Source: Escherichia coli (GTDB lineage Bacteria; Pseudomonadota; Gammaproteobacteria; Enterobacterales; Enterobacteriaceae). Taken from it: 59,951 nucleotides of DNA. Of the stretch, positions 1 to 11,691 are shown piece after piece. Made by a program: the position numbers and the translations under genes. Within the stretch, counting starts at the first letter, position 1. Each line of letters begins with the position of its first letter. The stretch is taken from NCBI RefSeq assembly GCF_003334335.1, contig NZ_QOWQ01000031.1; one strand, written 5' to 3'. The notes under the pieces are model-generated. The model did not search any database. It was not told where the DNA came from and was given only the letters and a program-made list of their open reading frames with translations.

Positions 1-99
1 AGTTATCGTGAGAGTAATTCATCGGCACGTTAAATCATATCAGGCGTAATACCACAACCCTTAAGTTAGCGCTTATGGGGTTTTTCCCCACCGTTCAGG
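1..99 (+). promoter_or_regulatory. Putative CRISPR leader, partial (cut by window edge)
   Basis: Lies immediately upstream of the first canonical repeat, at the opposite end from the degenerate terminal repeat. Type I-E leaders sit at the cas-proximal end. Promoter elements not mapped. Confidence 0.4.
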
Positions 100-494
100 G
101 TGTTCCCCGCGCCAGCGGGGATAAACCGGTCATCACGATGAATCAAAATTTCGCCCGGCTGTGTTCCCCGCGCCAGCGGGGATAAACCGCTTCTCCACCG
201 TTTGGCGAATCGGTGTGAGGGGTGTTCCCCGCGCCAGCGGGGATAAACCGATTGTTATAATTATTTATTGAAATATCATTCCGTGTTCCCCGCGCCAGCG
301 GGGATAAACCGAATCTATTGTGAATTTGAAATGGTCCAGCACTGTGTTCCCCGCGCCAGCGGGGATAAACCGGGTAAAAACACGGTCTGAACCGACATTC
401 ATGTGTGTTCCCCGCGTCAGCGGGGATAAACCGGGCGCACTGGATGCGATGATGGATATCACTTGGAGTTCCCCCGCCCCTGCGGTAGAACTCC
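100..494 (+). CRISPR. Type I-E CRISPR array: 7 x 29-bp repeats (GTGTTCCCCGCGCCAGCGGGGATAAACCG), 6 x 32-bp spacers
   Basis: Repeats at 100-128, 161-189, 222-250, 283-311, 344-372, 405-433 (one C>T variant) and 466-494 (degenerate terminal repeat GAGTTCCCCCGCCCCTGCGGTAGAACTCC). Strict 61-bp periodicity. Spacers at 129-160, 190-221, 251-282, 312-343, 373-404, 434-465. Confidence 0.95.
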
Positions 495-515
495 CAGCTC
501 CCATTTTCAAACCCA

Positions 516-1553
516 TCAAGACGCCTTCGCCAGCTCCTTCACCAACGGTAGCATTATCCGCATAACGTCACGGCAGCGACGTTCTATTCTTCCAGGAAGT
601 GCCTTATCAATATGCTGTTGATTATCCAGTCTTACGTCATGCCAGCTATTTCCCGCAGGGAATGCGGCTGTTTTTGCGCGTTGCTGATAACCATCCTTAT
701 TCCCAAGATTCCAGTTAGTCGCTTCCACCGAAAGTACAGCAATGCCCGCTTTGTCGAATATTTCTGCGTCATTACAACACCCAGTGCCTTTCGGATAATT
801 TTTATTCAAACCCGGATTGGTCGTTGCGGCTATTCCGTGACTGCGCGCAATTGCCAGCGCCCTGTCGCGCGTTAATTTCCTTACTGCTTCAGGGGTTTTT
901 ACACCGCTGTTGAAATACAATTTATCGCCAACAATTAAGTTATCGAGATTAATCACCAGCAGCGTATTTTTCTTTTCGGTGTCACTCATCCGCTTGAGTA
1001 AATTCTCAGCGCCTAATTTCCCTTCCTCTTCGCCGCTGGTCGCCACAAATCGAATACCATACTCGGTAGGCGTATTTTTCAGGCGTTCTGCCAATTCCAG
1101 CATGACACCTAAACCTGCGGCGTTATCATCCATTCCTTGTAACGTCAGCCCGCCGAGATTGGCATCGGCGTCAGCATCGCTCAGCGGGGCGTAAGTATCC
1201 AGATGCGCCATAATGATGATCTGCTGCGGCGCTTTGCCTTCATGAGCGGCAATCACCGTACTTCCTGTCACGTTATGCCAGTTCTTGCGATTATCGCGGG
1301 CGGTATAAATATACCGACTATTAAATGTCCGAATATCACTGCGATAACCCATTTGCTGAAACTGTTGGCGAATATAATCGGCAGATAACATTTCTGCTGG
1401 AGTTCCGGTCATGCGTCCCGGAAAGAAAGTAGCAATATGTCGTGCCTGGGTATTAGCAAAATCGCCAGGTTTAGGTGACGAGGCGTGTACGGGGAGAATA
1501 AAGCATACGCCGAGCGCTAGGGCAGCGGTACGGTGGCGCAATGCGGAAAACAT
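516..1553 (-). CDS. iap: Aminopeptidase Iap (M28 family; alkaline phosphatase isozyme conversion)
   Basis: 345-aa ORF with signal peptide and M28 peptidase-like sequence; sits between the CRISPR array and cysD as in E. coli. Confidence 0.85.
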   Translation of the reverse strand: MFSALRHRTAALALGVCFILPVHASSPKPGDFANTQARHIATFFPGRMTGTPAEMLSADYIRQQFQQMGYRSDIRTFNSRYIYTARDNRKNWHNVTGSTVIAAHEGKAPQQIIIMAHLDTYAPLSDADADANLGGLTLQGMDDNAAGLGVMLELAERLKNTPTEYGIRFVATSGEEEGKLGAENLLKRMSDTEKKNTLLVINLDNLIVGDKLYFNSGVKTPEAVRKLTRDRALAIARSHGIAATTNPGLNKNYPKGTGCCNDAEIFDKAGIAVLSVEATNWNLGNKDGYQQRAKTAAFPAGNSWHDVRLDNQQHIDKALPGRIERRCRDVMRIMLPLVKELAKAS

Positions 1554-1804
1554 AGTGAGTCCTTAAATACCATGCAAATTTTTTTACCGCCATAGTATGA
1601 AACTGCCGCTGCGCTAAAACAATTTCAAATCTTCCTAAACGCCCGAAATCCGGTGCCTTAAGCACTTTTTGATATTAGCTTTGCCAAATCGTTATTCCGT
1701 TAAGGAACTACTCATTCTAATTGGTAATTTCATTCGTTCTCTTACGCTCCCTATAGTCGAAACATCTGATGGCAAGAAAATAGCGGTATTGCAAAGGAAC
1801 GGTT

Positions 1805-2713
1805 ATGGATCAAATACGACTTACTCACCTGCGGCAACTGGAGGCGGAAAGCATCCACATTATTCGCGAGGTGGCGGCAGAATTCTCAAATCCGGTGATG
1901 CTCTACTCTATCGGTAAAGATTCCAGCGTCATGCTGCATCTGGCGCGCAAGGCGTTTTATCCAGGTACGCTGCCTTTCCCGTTGCTGCATGTCGATACCG
2001 GCTGGAAATTCCGCGAGATGTATGAGTTCCGCGATCGTACGGCGAAAGCCTACGGCTGCGAGCTGCTGGTGCATAAAAACCCGGAAGGCGTGGCGATGGG
2101 GATTAATCCATTCGTGCACGGCAGCGCGAAACATACCGATATTATGAAAACTGAAGGCCTGAAACAGGCGCTGAACAAATACGGTTTTGATGCCGCCTTC
2201 GGTGGTGCGCGCCGTGACGAAGAGAAATCCCGCGCTAAAGAGCGAATCTACTCTTTCCGTGACCGCTTCCATCGCTGGGATCCGAAAAATCAGCGCCCAG
2301 AGCTGTGGCACAACTACAACGGGCAAATTAACAAAGGCGAAAGCATCCGCGTCTTCCCGCTCTCTAACTGGACCGAGCAGGATATCTGGCAATACATCTG
2401 GCTGGAAAATATCGACATTGTGCCGCTGTATCTCGCTGCGGAACGTCCGGTTCTGGAACGCGACGGTATGTTGATGATGATTGATGACAACCGTATCGAC
2501 CTGCAACCGGGCGAAGTGATTAAAAAACGGATGGTGCGTTTCCGTACGCTGGGCTGCTGGCCGCTGACCGGTGCGGTGGAGTCAAATGCACAAACACTAC
2601 CGGAGATCATCGAAGAGATGCTGGTTTCTACCACCAGTGAACGTCAGGGCCGCGTGATTGACCGCGACCAGGCGGGGTCTATGGAGCTGAAAAAACGTCA
2701 GGGGTATTTTTAA
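1805..2713 (+). CDS. cysD: Sulfate adenylyltransferase subunit 2
   Basis: 302-aa ORF with PAPS-reductase-like N-terminus; immediately followed by cysN and cysC. Confidence 0.93.
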   Translation: MDQIRLTHLRQLEAESIHIIREVAAEFSNPVMLYSIGKDSSVMLHLARKAFYPGTLPFPLLHVDTGWKFREMYEFRDRTAKAYGCELLVHKNPEGVAMGINPFVHGSAKHTDIMKTEGLKQALNKYGFDAAFGGARRDEEKSRAKERIYSFRDRFHRWDPKNQRPELWHNYNGQINKGESIRVFPLSNWTEQDIWQYIWLENIDIVPLYLAAERPVLERDGMLMMIDDNRIDLQPGEVIKKRMVRFRTLGCWPLTGAVESNAQTLPEIIEEMLVSTTSERQGRVIDRDQAGSMELKKRQGYF

Positions 2714-2714
2714 G

Positions 2715-4142
2715 ATGAACACCGCACTTGCACAACAAATCGCCAATGAAGGCGGCGTCGAAGCCTGGATGATTGCGCAACAACATAAAAGCCTGCTGCG
2801 TTTTCTGACCTGTGGTAGCGTCGATGACGGCAAAAGTACCCTGATTGGTCGCCTGCTGCACGATACCCGCCAAATCTACGAAGATCAGCTCTCATCGCTG
2901 CATAACGACAGTAAACGTCACGGCACCCAGGGCGAAAAGCTGGATCTGGCACTGCTGGTGGACGGCCTGCAAGCTGAGCGCGAACAGGGCATCACCATTG
3001 ACGTGGCTTACCGCTATTTCTCTACCGAGAAGCGTAAATTTATTATCGCCGACACCCCAGGGCACGAGCAGTACACCCGCAATATGGCGACTGGCGCATC
3101 GACATGTGAACTGGCGATCTTACTGATCGATGCCCGTAAAGGCGTGCTCGATCAAACCCGTCGTCACAGTTTTATCTCCACACTGTTGGGGATCAAACAT
3201 CTGGTCGTGGCGATCAACAAAATGGATCTGGTGGATTACAGTGAAAAGACGTTCACCCGTATTCGTGAAGATTATCTGACCTTTGCCGGGCAGCTGCCGG
3301 GTAATCTGGATATCCGCTTTGTGCCGCTCTCTGCACTGGAAGGCGACAACGTGGCTTCGCAAAGTGAAAGTATGGCGTGGTACAGCGGTCCAACACTGCT
3401 CGAAGTGCTGGAAACCGTGGAGATCCAGCGAGTGGTGGATGCTCAGCCAATGCGCTTCCCGGTGCAGTACGTTAATCGCCCGAATCTCGATTTTCGTGGT
3501 TACGCCGGAACGCTGGCATCCGGTCGCGTAGAAGTCGGGCAACGAGTCAAAGTGCTGCCCTCTGGTGTGGAATCAAACGTCGCCCGGATCGTGACTTTTG
3601 ATGGCGATCGCGAAGAAGCCTTTGCCGGAGAAGCGATCACCCTGGTGCTGACGGATGAGATCGACATCAGCCGTGGCGATCTGCTGCTGGCGGCAGACGA
3701 AGCGTTACCAGCTGTGCAGAGCGCGTCGGTGGATGTGGTATGGATGGCGGAACAGCCGCTTTCCCCGGGCCAGAGTTATGACATCAAAATTGCCGGTAAG
3801 AAGACGCGTGCTCGTGTTGATGGCATTCGTTATCAGGTTGATATTAATAACCTTACCCAACGCGAAGTTGAAAACCTGCCGCTGAACGGCATCGGCCTGG
3901 TGGATCTCACTTTTGACGAGCCACTGGTGTTAGATCGTTATCAGCAAAACCCGGTTACCGGTGGGCTGATTTTTATCGATCGCCTGAGCAATGTGACCGT
4001 AGGTGCCGGTATGGTGCATGAGCCAGTTAGCCAGGCAACTGCTGCGCCATCTGAATTTAGTGCATTCGAACTGGAATTGAATGCCCTGGTTCGCCGCCAC
4101 TTTCCACACTGGGGCGCGCGCGATTTGCTGGGGGATAAATAA
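2715..4142 (+). CDS. cysN: Sulfate adenylyltransferase subunit 1 (GTPase)
   Basis: 475-aa ORF with GTPase P-loop GSVDDGKST; 1-bp gap after cysD. Confidence 0.93.
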   Translation: MNTALAQQIANEGGVEAWMIAQQHKSLLRFLTCGSVDDGKSTLIGRLLHDTRQIYEDQLSSLHNDSKRHGTQGEKLDLALLVDGLQAEREQGITIDVAYRYFSTEKRKFIIADTPGHEQYTRNMATGASTCELAILLIDARKGVLDQTRRHSFISTLLGIKHLVVAINKMDLVDYSEKTFTRIREDYLTFAGQLPGNLDIRFVPLSALEGDNVASQSESMAWYSGPTLLEVLETVEIQRVVDAQPMRFPVQYVNRPNLDFRGYAGTLASGRVEVGQRVKVLPSGVESNVARIVTFDGDREEAFAGEAITLVLTDEIDISRGDLLLAADEALPAVQSASVDVVWMAEQPLSPGQSYDIKIAGKKTRARVDGIRYQVDINNLTQREVENLPLNGIGLVDLTFDEPLVLDRYQQNPVTGGLIFIDRLSNVTVGAGMVHEPVSQATAAPSEFSAFELELNALVRRHFPHWGARDLLGDK

Positions 4143-4747
4143 TGGCGCTGCATGACGAAAACGTCGTCTGGCATAGCCATCCGGTCACTGTGCAACAACG
4201 CGAGCTACACCACGGTCATCGTGGTGTAGTGCTGTGGTTTACCGGCCTCTCCGGGTCCGGTAAATCAACGGTCGCCGGGGCGCTGGAGGAGGCGTTACAT
4301 AAACTCGGCGTCAGTACGTATCTGCTGGATGGCGATAATGTTCGCCACGGATTATGCAGCGATCTCGGTTTTAGCGATGCCGATCGTAAAGAGAATATCC
4401 GTCGCGTCGGTGAAGTGGCGAATTTGATGGTTGAAGCCGGACTGGTGGTGCTGACCGCATTTATCTCGCCACACCGCGCCGAACGCCAGATGGTTCGTGA
4501 ACGCGTAGGAGAAGGGCGCTTTATCGAAGTGTTTGTCGATACGCCGCTGGCGATTTGCGAAGCCCGCGATCCAAAAGGCTTATATAAGAAAGCGCGTGCC
4601 GGTGAACTGCGCTACTTTACGGGAATAGATTCCGTTTACGAAGCGCCTGAATCGGCAGAAATTCATCTCAATGGTGAACAATTAGTAACAAATTTGGTAC
4701 AGCAATTATTAGATCTGTTGAGACAGAACGATATTATCAGATCCTGA
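4142..4747 (+). CDS. cysC: Adenylylsulfate (APS) kinase
   Basis: 201-aa ORF with P-loop GLSGSGKST; start overlaps the cysN stop. Confidence 0.93.
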   Translation: MALHDENVVWHSHPVTVQQRELHHGHRGVVLWFTGLSGSGKSTVAGALEEALHKLGVSTYLLDGDNVRHGLCSDLGFSDADRKENIRRVGEVANLMVEAGLVVLTAFISPHRAERQMVRERVGEGRFIEVFVDTPLAICEARDPKGLYKKARAGELRYFTGIDSVYEAPESAEIHLNGEQLVTNLVQQLLDLLRQNDIIRS

Positions 4748-4796
4748 GACACCACCGGGTTTCCATGCCCGGTTCGTCAAAGTAACAGGATCAAAT

Positions 4797-5120
4797 ATGC
4801 GTAATAGCCATAACATTACACTAACAAATAACGACAGCCTTACTGAGGATGAAGAAACCACATGGTCACTGCCTGGTGCCGTGGTCGGTTTTATCTCCTG
4901 GTTATTTGCGCTGGCGATGCCGATGTTGATTTATGGCTCTAACACGCTGTTCTTCTTTATCTACACCTGGCCTTTCTTTCTTGCGCTGATGCCCGTCGCG
5001 GTAGTGGTGGGGATTGCGCTGCATTCATTGATGGACGGAAAGCTACGCTACAGTATTGTTTTCACCCTGGTGACAGTAGGCATTATGTTTGGCGCACTGT
5101 TTATGTGGCTACTGGGCTAA
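4797..5120 (+). CDS. ygbE: Small inner-membrane protein YgbE
   Basis: 107-aa hydrophobic ORF at the conserved position between cysC and ftsB. Confidence 0.75.
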   Translation: MRNSHNITLTNNDSLTEDEETTWSLPGAVVGFISWLFALAMPMLIYGSNTLFFFIYTWPFFLALMPVAVVVGIALHSLMDGKLRYSIVFTLVTVGIMFGALFMWLLG

Positions 5121-5313
5121 TTTGTACTTTCCCGTCTCCTCTGTTCATAATTCAAACCGTAACTAATAATGAGATTATGTTCTGCACGCCCTGGGTATAC
5201 GTAACAATGGACAAATGTGGTACATTTGCCCGCGTTGTCGCGGTATCCCCAACAGAGGATGTAGAGTCGTCTTCGGATGCATGGGATGATGATGCCGTTT
5301 TTCAGGGGGCAGG

Positions 5314-5625
5314 ATGGGTAAACTAACGCTGCTGTTGCTGGCTATTCTGGTCTGGCTACAGTATTCGCTGTGGTTCGGTAAGAACGGTATACATGACTAT
5401 ACCCGCGTCAATGATGATGTGGCGGCACAGCAAGCTACAAACGCGAAACTTAAAGCGCGAAACGATCAACTTTTTGCCGAAATTGACGATCTCAATGGCG
5501 GCCAGGAGGCGCTCGAAGAGCGTGCGCGTAATGAACTCAGCATGACCAGGCCGGGCGAAACTTTTTATCGTCTGGTGCCTGACGCGTCGAAGCGCGCACA
5601 GTCTGCGGGGCAAAACAATCGATAA
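5314..5625 (+). CDS. ftsB: Cell division protein FtsB
   Basis: 103-aa ORF with N-terminal transmembrane segment and coiled coil; precedes ispD. Confidence 0.88.
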
Positions 5626-5643
5626 ATCAGCCCGGGAATTAAC

Positions 5644-6354
5644 ATGGCAACCACTCATTTGGATGTTTGCGCCGTGGTTCCGGCGGCCGGATTTGGCCGT
5701 CGAATGCAAACGGAATGTCCTAAGCAATATCTCTCAATCGGTAATCAAACCATTCTTGAACACTCGGTGCATGCGCTGCTGGCGCATCCCCGGGTGAAAC
5801 GAGTCGTCATTGCCATAAGTCCTGGCGATAGCCGTTTTGCACAACTTCCTCTGGCGAATCATCCGCAAATCACCGTTGTAGATGGCGGTGATGAGCGTGC
5901 CGATTCCGTGCTGGCAGGTCTGAAAGCCGCTGGCGACGCGCAGTGGGTATTGGTGCATGACGCCGCTCGTCCTTGTTTGCATCAGGATGACCTCGCGCGA
6001 TTGTTGGCGTTGAGCGAAACCAGCCGCACGGGGGGGATCCTCGCCGCACCAGTGCGCGATACTATGAAACGTGCCGAACCGGGCAAAAATGCCATTGCTC
6101 ATACCGTTGATCGCAACGGCTTATGGCACGCGCTGACGCCGCAATTTTTCCCTCGTGAGCTGTTACATGACTGTCTGACGCGCGCTCTAAATGAAGGCGC
6201 GACTATTACCGACGAAGCCTCGGCGCTGGAATATTGCGGATTCCATCCTCAGTTGGTCGAAGGCCGTGCGGATAACATTAAAGTCACGCGCCCGGAAGAT
6301 TTGGCACTGGCCGAGTTTTACCTCACCCGAACCATCCATCAGGAGAATACATAA
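5644..6354 (+). CDS. ispD: 2-C-methyl-D-erythritol 4-phosphate cytidylyltransferase
   Basis: 236-aa ORF with N-terminal [12 protein letters not shown] motif. Confidence 0.93.
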
Positions 6355-6833
6355 TGCGAATTGGACACGGTTTTGACGTACATGCCTTTGGCGGTGAAGG
6401 CCCAATTATCATTGGTGGCGTACGCATTCCTTACGAAAAAGGATTGCTGGCGCATTCTGATGGCGACGTGGCGCTCCATGCGTTGACCGATGCATTGCTT
6501 GGCGCGGCGGCGCTGGGGGATATCGGCAAGCTGTTCCCGGATACCGATCCGGCATTTAAAGGTGCCGATAGCCGCGAGCTGCTACGCGAAGCCTGGCGTC
6601 GTATTCAGGCGAAGGGTTATACCCTTGGCAACGTCGATGTCACTATCATCGCTCAGGCACCGAAGATGTTGCCGCACATTCCACAAATGCGCGTGTTTAT
6701 TGCCGAAGATCTCGGCTGCCATATGGATGATGTTAACGTGAAAGCCACTACTACGGAAAAACTGGGATTTACCGGACGTGGGGAAGGGATTGCCTGTGAA
6801 GCGGTGGCGCTACTCATTAAGGCAACAAAATGA
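6354..6833 (+). CDS. ispF: 2-C-methyl-D-erythritol 2,4-cyclodiphosphate synthase
   Basis: 159-aa ORF starting [12 protein letters not shown]; overlaps the ispD stop. Confidence 0.93.
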
Positions 6834-7859
6834 TTGAGTTTGATAATCTCACTTACCTCCACGGTAAACCGCAAGGCACCGGGCTGCTGAAAGCCAATCC
6901 GGAAGACTTTGTGGTGGTGGAAGATTTGGGCTTTGAGCCTGATGGTGAAGGTGAGCATATTCTGGTTAGAATCCTCAAAAACGGCTGCAATACCCGTTTT
7001 GTGGCGGATGCACTGGCGAAATTCCTGAAAATTCATGCCCGTGAAGTCAGCTTCGCTGGGCAAAAAGACAAACATGCTGTTACGGAACAGTGGTTATGCG
7101 CTCGCGTGCCGGGCAAGGAAATGCCCGATCTGAGCGCCTTTCAACTGGAAGGCTGCCAGGTGCTGGAGTATGCGCGGCACAAGCGCAAGCTGCGTTTAGG
7201 GGCGCTGAAAGGAAACGCCTTTACCCTGGTTCTGCGCGAAGTGAGCAATCGCGATGACGTTGAACAACGTCTGAACGATATTTGCGTAAAAGGTGTACCG
7301 AACTACTTCGGTGCCCAACGTTTTGGGATTGGCGGTAGCAACTTGCAGGGGGCGCAGCGCTGGGCGCAAACCAATACTCCGGTGCGCGATCGCAATAAAC
7401 GGAGTTTTTGGTTGTCGGCAGCCCGCAGTGCGTTGTTTAATCAGATTGTTGCTGAGCGCCTCAAAAAAGCAGACGTTAATCAAGTTGTTGACGGCGATGC
7501 GCTACAATTAGCCGGACGTGGTAGCTGGTTTGTCGCAACCACCGAAGAACTGGCGGAATTACAGCGTCGCGTTAACGATAAAGAGCTGATGATAACCGCC
7601 GCATTGCCGGGCAGTGGCGAATGGGGAACTCAGCGTGAAGCGCTGGCATTCGAACAAGCAGCTGTCGCCGCAGAAACTGAATTACAAGCTTTACTGGTGC
7701 GCGAAAAAGTTGAAGCCGCGCGCAGAGCGATGCTGCTGTATCCGCAACAATTAAGCTGGAATTGGTGGGATGACGTCACCGTAGAGATCCGTTTCTGGCT
7801 TCCGGCGGGTAGTTTTGCAACCAGCGTTGTCAGGGAACTTATCAACACAACAGGTGATT

Positions 7860-7879
<20 letters not shown>
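6830..7879 (+). CDS. truD: tRNA pseudouridine(13) synthase
   Basis: 349-aa ORF overlapping the ispF end by 4 bp; conserved synteny. Confidence 0.88.
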
Positions 7880-9241
<1,362 letters not shown>

Positions 9242-9380
9242 AACGTGAGGAAATACCTGGATTTTTCCTGGTTATTTTGCCGCAGGTCAGCGTATCGTGA
9301 ACATCTTTTCCAGTGTTCAGTAGGGTGCCTTGCACGGTAATTATGTCACTGGTTATTAACCAATTTTTCCTGGGGGATAA

Positions 9381-10520
9381 ATGAGCGCGGGAAGCCCAAA
9401 ATTCACCGTTCGCCGCATTGCGGCTTTGTCACTGGTTTCGCTATGGCTGGCAGGCTGTTCTGACACTTCAAATCCACCGGCACCGGTCAGCTCCGTTAAT
9501 GGCAATGCGCCTGCAAATACTAATTCTGGTATGTTGATTACGCCGCCGCCGAAAATGGGGACGACGTCTACAGCGCAGCAACCGCAAATTCAGCCGGTAC
9601 AGCAGCCACAAATTCAGGCTACTCAACAACCGCAAATCCAGCCAGTGCAGCCAGTAGCTCAGCAGCCGGTACAGATGGAAAACGGACGCATCGTCTATAA
9701 CCGTCAGTATGGGAACATTCCGAAAGGCAGTTATAGCGGCAGTACCTATACCGTGAAAAAAGGCGACACACTTTTCTATATCGCCTGGATTACTGGCAAC
9801 GATTTCCGTGACCTTGCTCAGCGCAACAATATTCAGGCACCATACGCGCTGAACGTTGGTCAGACCTTGCAGGTGGGTAATGCTTCCGGTACGCCAATCA
9901 CTGGCGGAAATGCCATTACCCAGGCCGACGCAGCAGAGCAAGGAGTTGTGATCAAGCCTGCACAAAATTCCACCGTTGCTGTTGCGTCGCAACCGACAAT
10001 TACGTATTCTGAATCTTCGGGTGAACAGAGTGCTAACAAAATGTTGCCGAACAACAAGCCAGCTGCGACCACGGTCACAGCGCCTGTAACGGTACCAACA
10101 GCAAGCACAACCGAGCCAACTGTCAGCAGTACATCAACCAGTACGCCTATCTCCACCTGGCGCTGGCCGACTGAGGGCAAAGTGATCGAAACCTTTGGCG
10201 CTTCTGAGGGGGGCAACAAGGGGATTGATATCGCAGGCAGCAAAGGACAGGCAATTATCGCGACCGCAGATGGCCGCGTTGTTTATGCTGGTAACGCGCT
10301 GCGCGGCTACGGTAATCTGATTATCATCAAACATAATGATGATTACCTGAGTGCCTACGCCCATAACGACACAATGCTGGTCCGGGAACAACAAGAAGTG
10401 AAGGCGGGGCAAAAAATAGCAACCATGGGTAGCACCGGAACCAGTTCAACACGCTTGCATTTTGAAATTCGTTACAAGGGGAAATCCGTAAACCCGCTGC
10501 GTTATTTGCCGCAGCGATAA
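9381..10520 (+). CDS. nlpD: Lipoprotein NlpD (LysM domain plus degenerate M23 peptidase domain)
   Basis: 379-aa ORF with lipoprotein signal (LAGCS), Q/P-rich repeats and a C-terminal M23-like domain. The main rpoS promoter is known to lie inside this gene; not mapped here. Confidence 0.9.
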   Translation: MSAGSPKFTVRRIAALSLVSLWLAGCSDTSNPPAPVSSVNGNAPANTNSGMLITPPPKMGTTSTAQQPQIQPVQQPQIQATQQPQIQPVQPVAQQPVQMENGRIVYNRQYGNIPKGSYSGSTYTVKKGDTLFYIAWITGNDFRDLAQRNNIQAPYALNVGQTLQVGNASGTPITGGNAITQADAAEQGVVIKPAQNSTVAVASQPTITYSESSGEQSANKMLPNNKPAATTVTAPVTVPTASTTEPTVSSTSTSTPISTWRWPTEGKVIETFGASEGGNKGIDIAGSKGQAIIATADGRVVYAGNALRGYGNLIIIKHNDDYLSAYAHNDTMLVREQQEVKAGQKIATMGSTGTSSTRLHFEIRYKGKSVNPLRYLPQR

Positions 10521-10582
10521 ATCGGCGGAACCAGGCTTTTGCTTGAATGTTCCGTCAAGGGATCACGGGTAGGAGCCACCTT

Positions 10583-11598
10583 ATGAGTCAGAATACGCTG
10601 AAAGTTCATGATTTAAATGAAGATGCGGAATTTGATGAGAACGGAGTTGAGGTTTTTGACGAAAAGGCCTTAGTAGAAGAGGAACCCAGTGATAACGATT
10701 TGGCCGAAGAGGAACTGTTATCGCAGGGAGCCACACAGCGTGTGTTGGACGCGACTCAGCTTTACCTTGGTGAGATTGGTTATTCACCACTGTTAACGGC
10801 CGAAGAAGAAGTTTATTTTGCGCGTCGCGCACTGCGTGGAGATGTCGCCTCTCGCCGCCGGATGATCGAGAGTAACTTGCGTCTGGTGGTAAAAATTGCC
10901 CGCCGTTATGGCAATCGTGGTCTGGCGTTGCTGGACCTTATCGAAGAGGGCAACCTGGGGCTGATCCGCGCGGTAGAGAAGTTTGACCCGGAACGTGGTT
11001 TCCGCTTCTCAACATACGCAACCTGGTGGATTCGCCAGACGATTGAACGGGCGATTATGAACCAAACCCGTACTATTCGTTTGCCGATTCACATCGTAAA
11101 GGAGCTGAACGTTTACCTGCGAACCGCACGTGAGTTTACCTGCGAACCGCACGTGAGTTGTCCCATAAGCTGGACCATGAACCAAGTGCGGAAGAGATCG
11201 CAGAGCAACTGGATAAGCCAGTTGATGACGTCAGCCGTATGCTTCGTCTTAACGAGCGCATTACCTCGGTAGACACCCCGCTGGGTGGTGATTCCGAAAA
11301 AGCGTTGCTGGACATCCTGGCCGATGAAAAAGAGAACGGTCCGGAAGATACCACGCAAGATGACGATATGAAGCAGAGCATCGTCAAATGGCTGTTCGAG
11401 CTGAACGCCAAACAGCGTGAAGTGCTGGCACGTCGATTCGGTTTGCTGGGGTACGAAGCGGCAACACTGGAAGATGTAGGTCGTGAAATTGGCCTCACCC
11501 GTGAACGTGTTCGCCAGATTCAGGTTGAAGGCCTGCGCCGTTTGCGTGAAATCCTGCAAACGCAGGGGCTGAATATCGAAGCGCTGTTCCGCGAGTAA
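10583..11598 (+). pseudogene. rpoS: rpoS (sigma-S) disrupted by a 23-bp tandem duplication causing a frameshift
   Basis: ATG at 10583 after an AGGAG RBS. ORF1 (to 11272) carries sigma regions 1.2-2 and then 45 out-of-frame residues. ORF2 (11158..11598) carries regions 3.2-4 in a different frame. The span is 1016 bp, i.e. 993 + 23. Confidence 0.85.
11112..11157 (+). repeat. Perfect 23-bp tandem duplication (TTTACCTGCGAACCGCACGTGAG x2) inside rpoS
   Basis: Copies at 11112-11134 and 11135-11157, flanked by a GTT microhomology. Confidence 0.9.
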
Positions 11599-11615
11599 GT
11601 AAGCATCTGTCAGAA

Positions 11616-11646
11616 AGGCCAGTCTCAAGCGAGGCTGGCCTTTTCT
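11616..11646 (+). terminator. Rho-independent terminator downstream of rpoS
   Basis: GC-rich hairpin (AGGCCAG...CTGGCCT) followed by TTTTCT. Confidence 0.6.
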
Positions 11647-11659
11647 GTGCACAATAAAA

Positions 11660-11687
11660 GGTCCGATGCCCATCGGACCTTTTTATT
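11660..11687. terminator. Bidirectional hairpin terminator between convergent rpoS and ygbN
   Basis: GGTCCGATG-CCC-ATCGGACC stem flanked by an A-run upstream and a T-run downstream. Confidence 0.6.
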
Positions 11688-11691
11688 AAGG

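Noticed and set aside
265-565. ORFs of 84 aa (minus) and 81 aa (plus) overlapping the CRISPR array
   Set aside because: They are built from repeated CRISPR units translated in frame, have no RBS or coding context, and are better explained as artefacts of the repeat array.
5105-5326. 73-aa ORF spanning the ygbE-ftsB intergenic region
   Set aside because: It overlaps the ygbE 3' end and the ftsB start, has no convincing RBS, and the region is more plausibly the ftsB promoter and 5' UTR.
11158-11598. 146-aa ORF as an independent gene downstream of the truncated rpoS
   Set aside because: It is the out-of-frame C-terminal part of sigma-S (regions 3.2-4) separated by the 23-bp duplication, with no RBS of its own. 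It is treated as part of the rpoS pseudogene.
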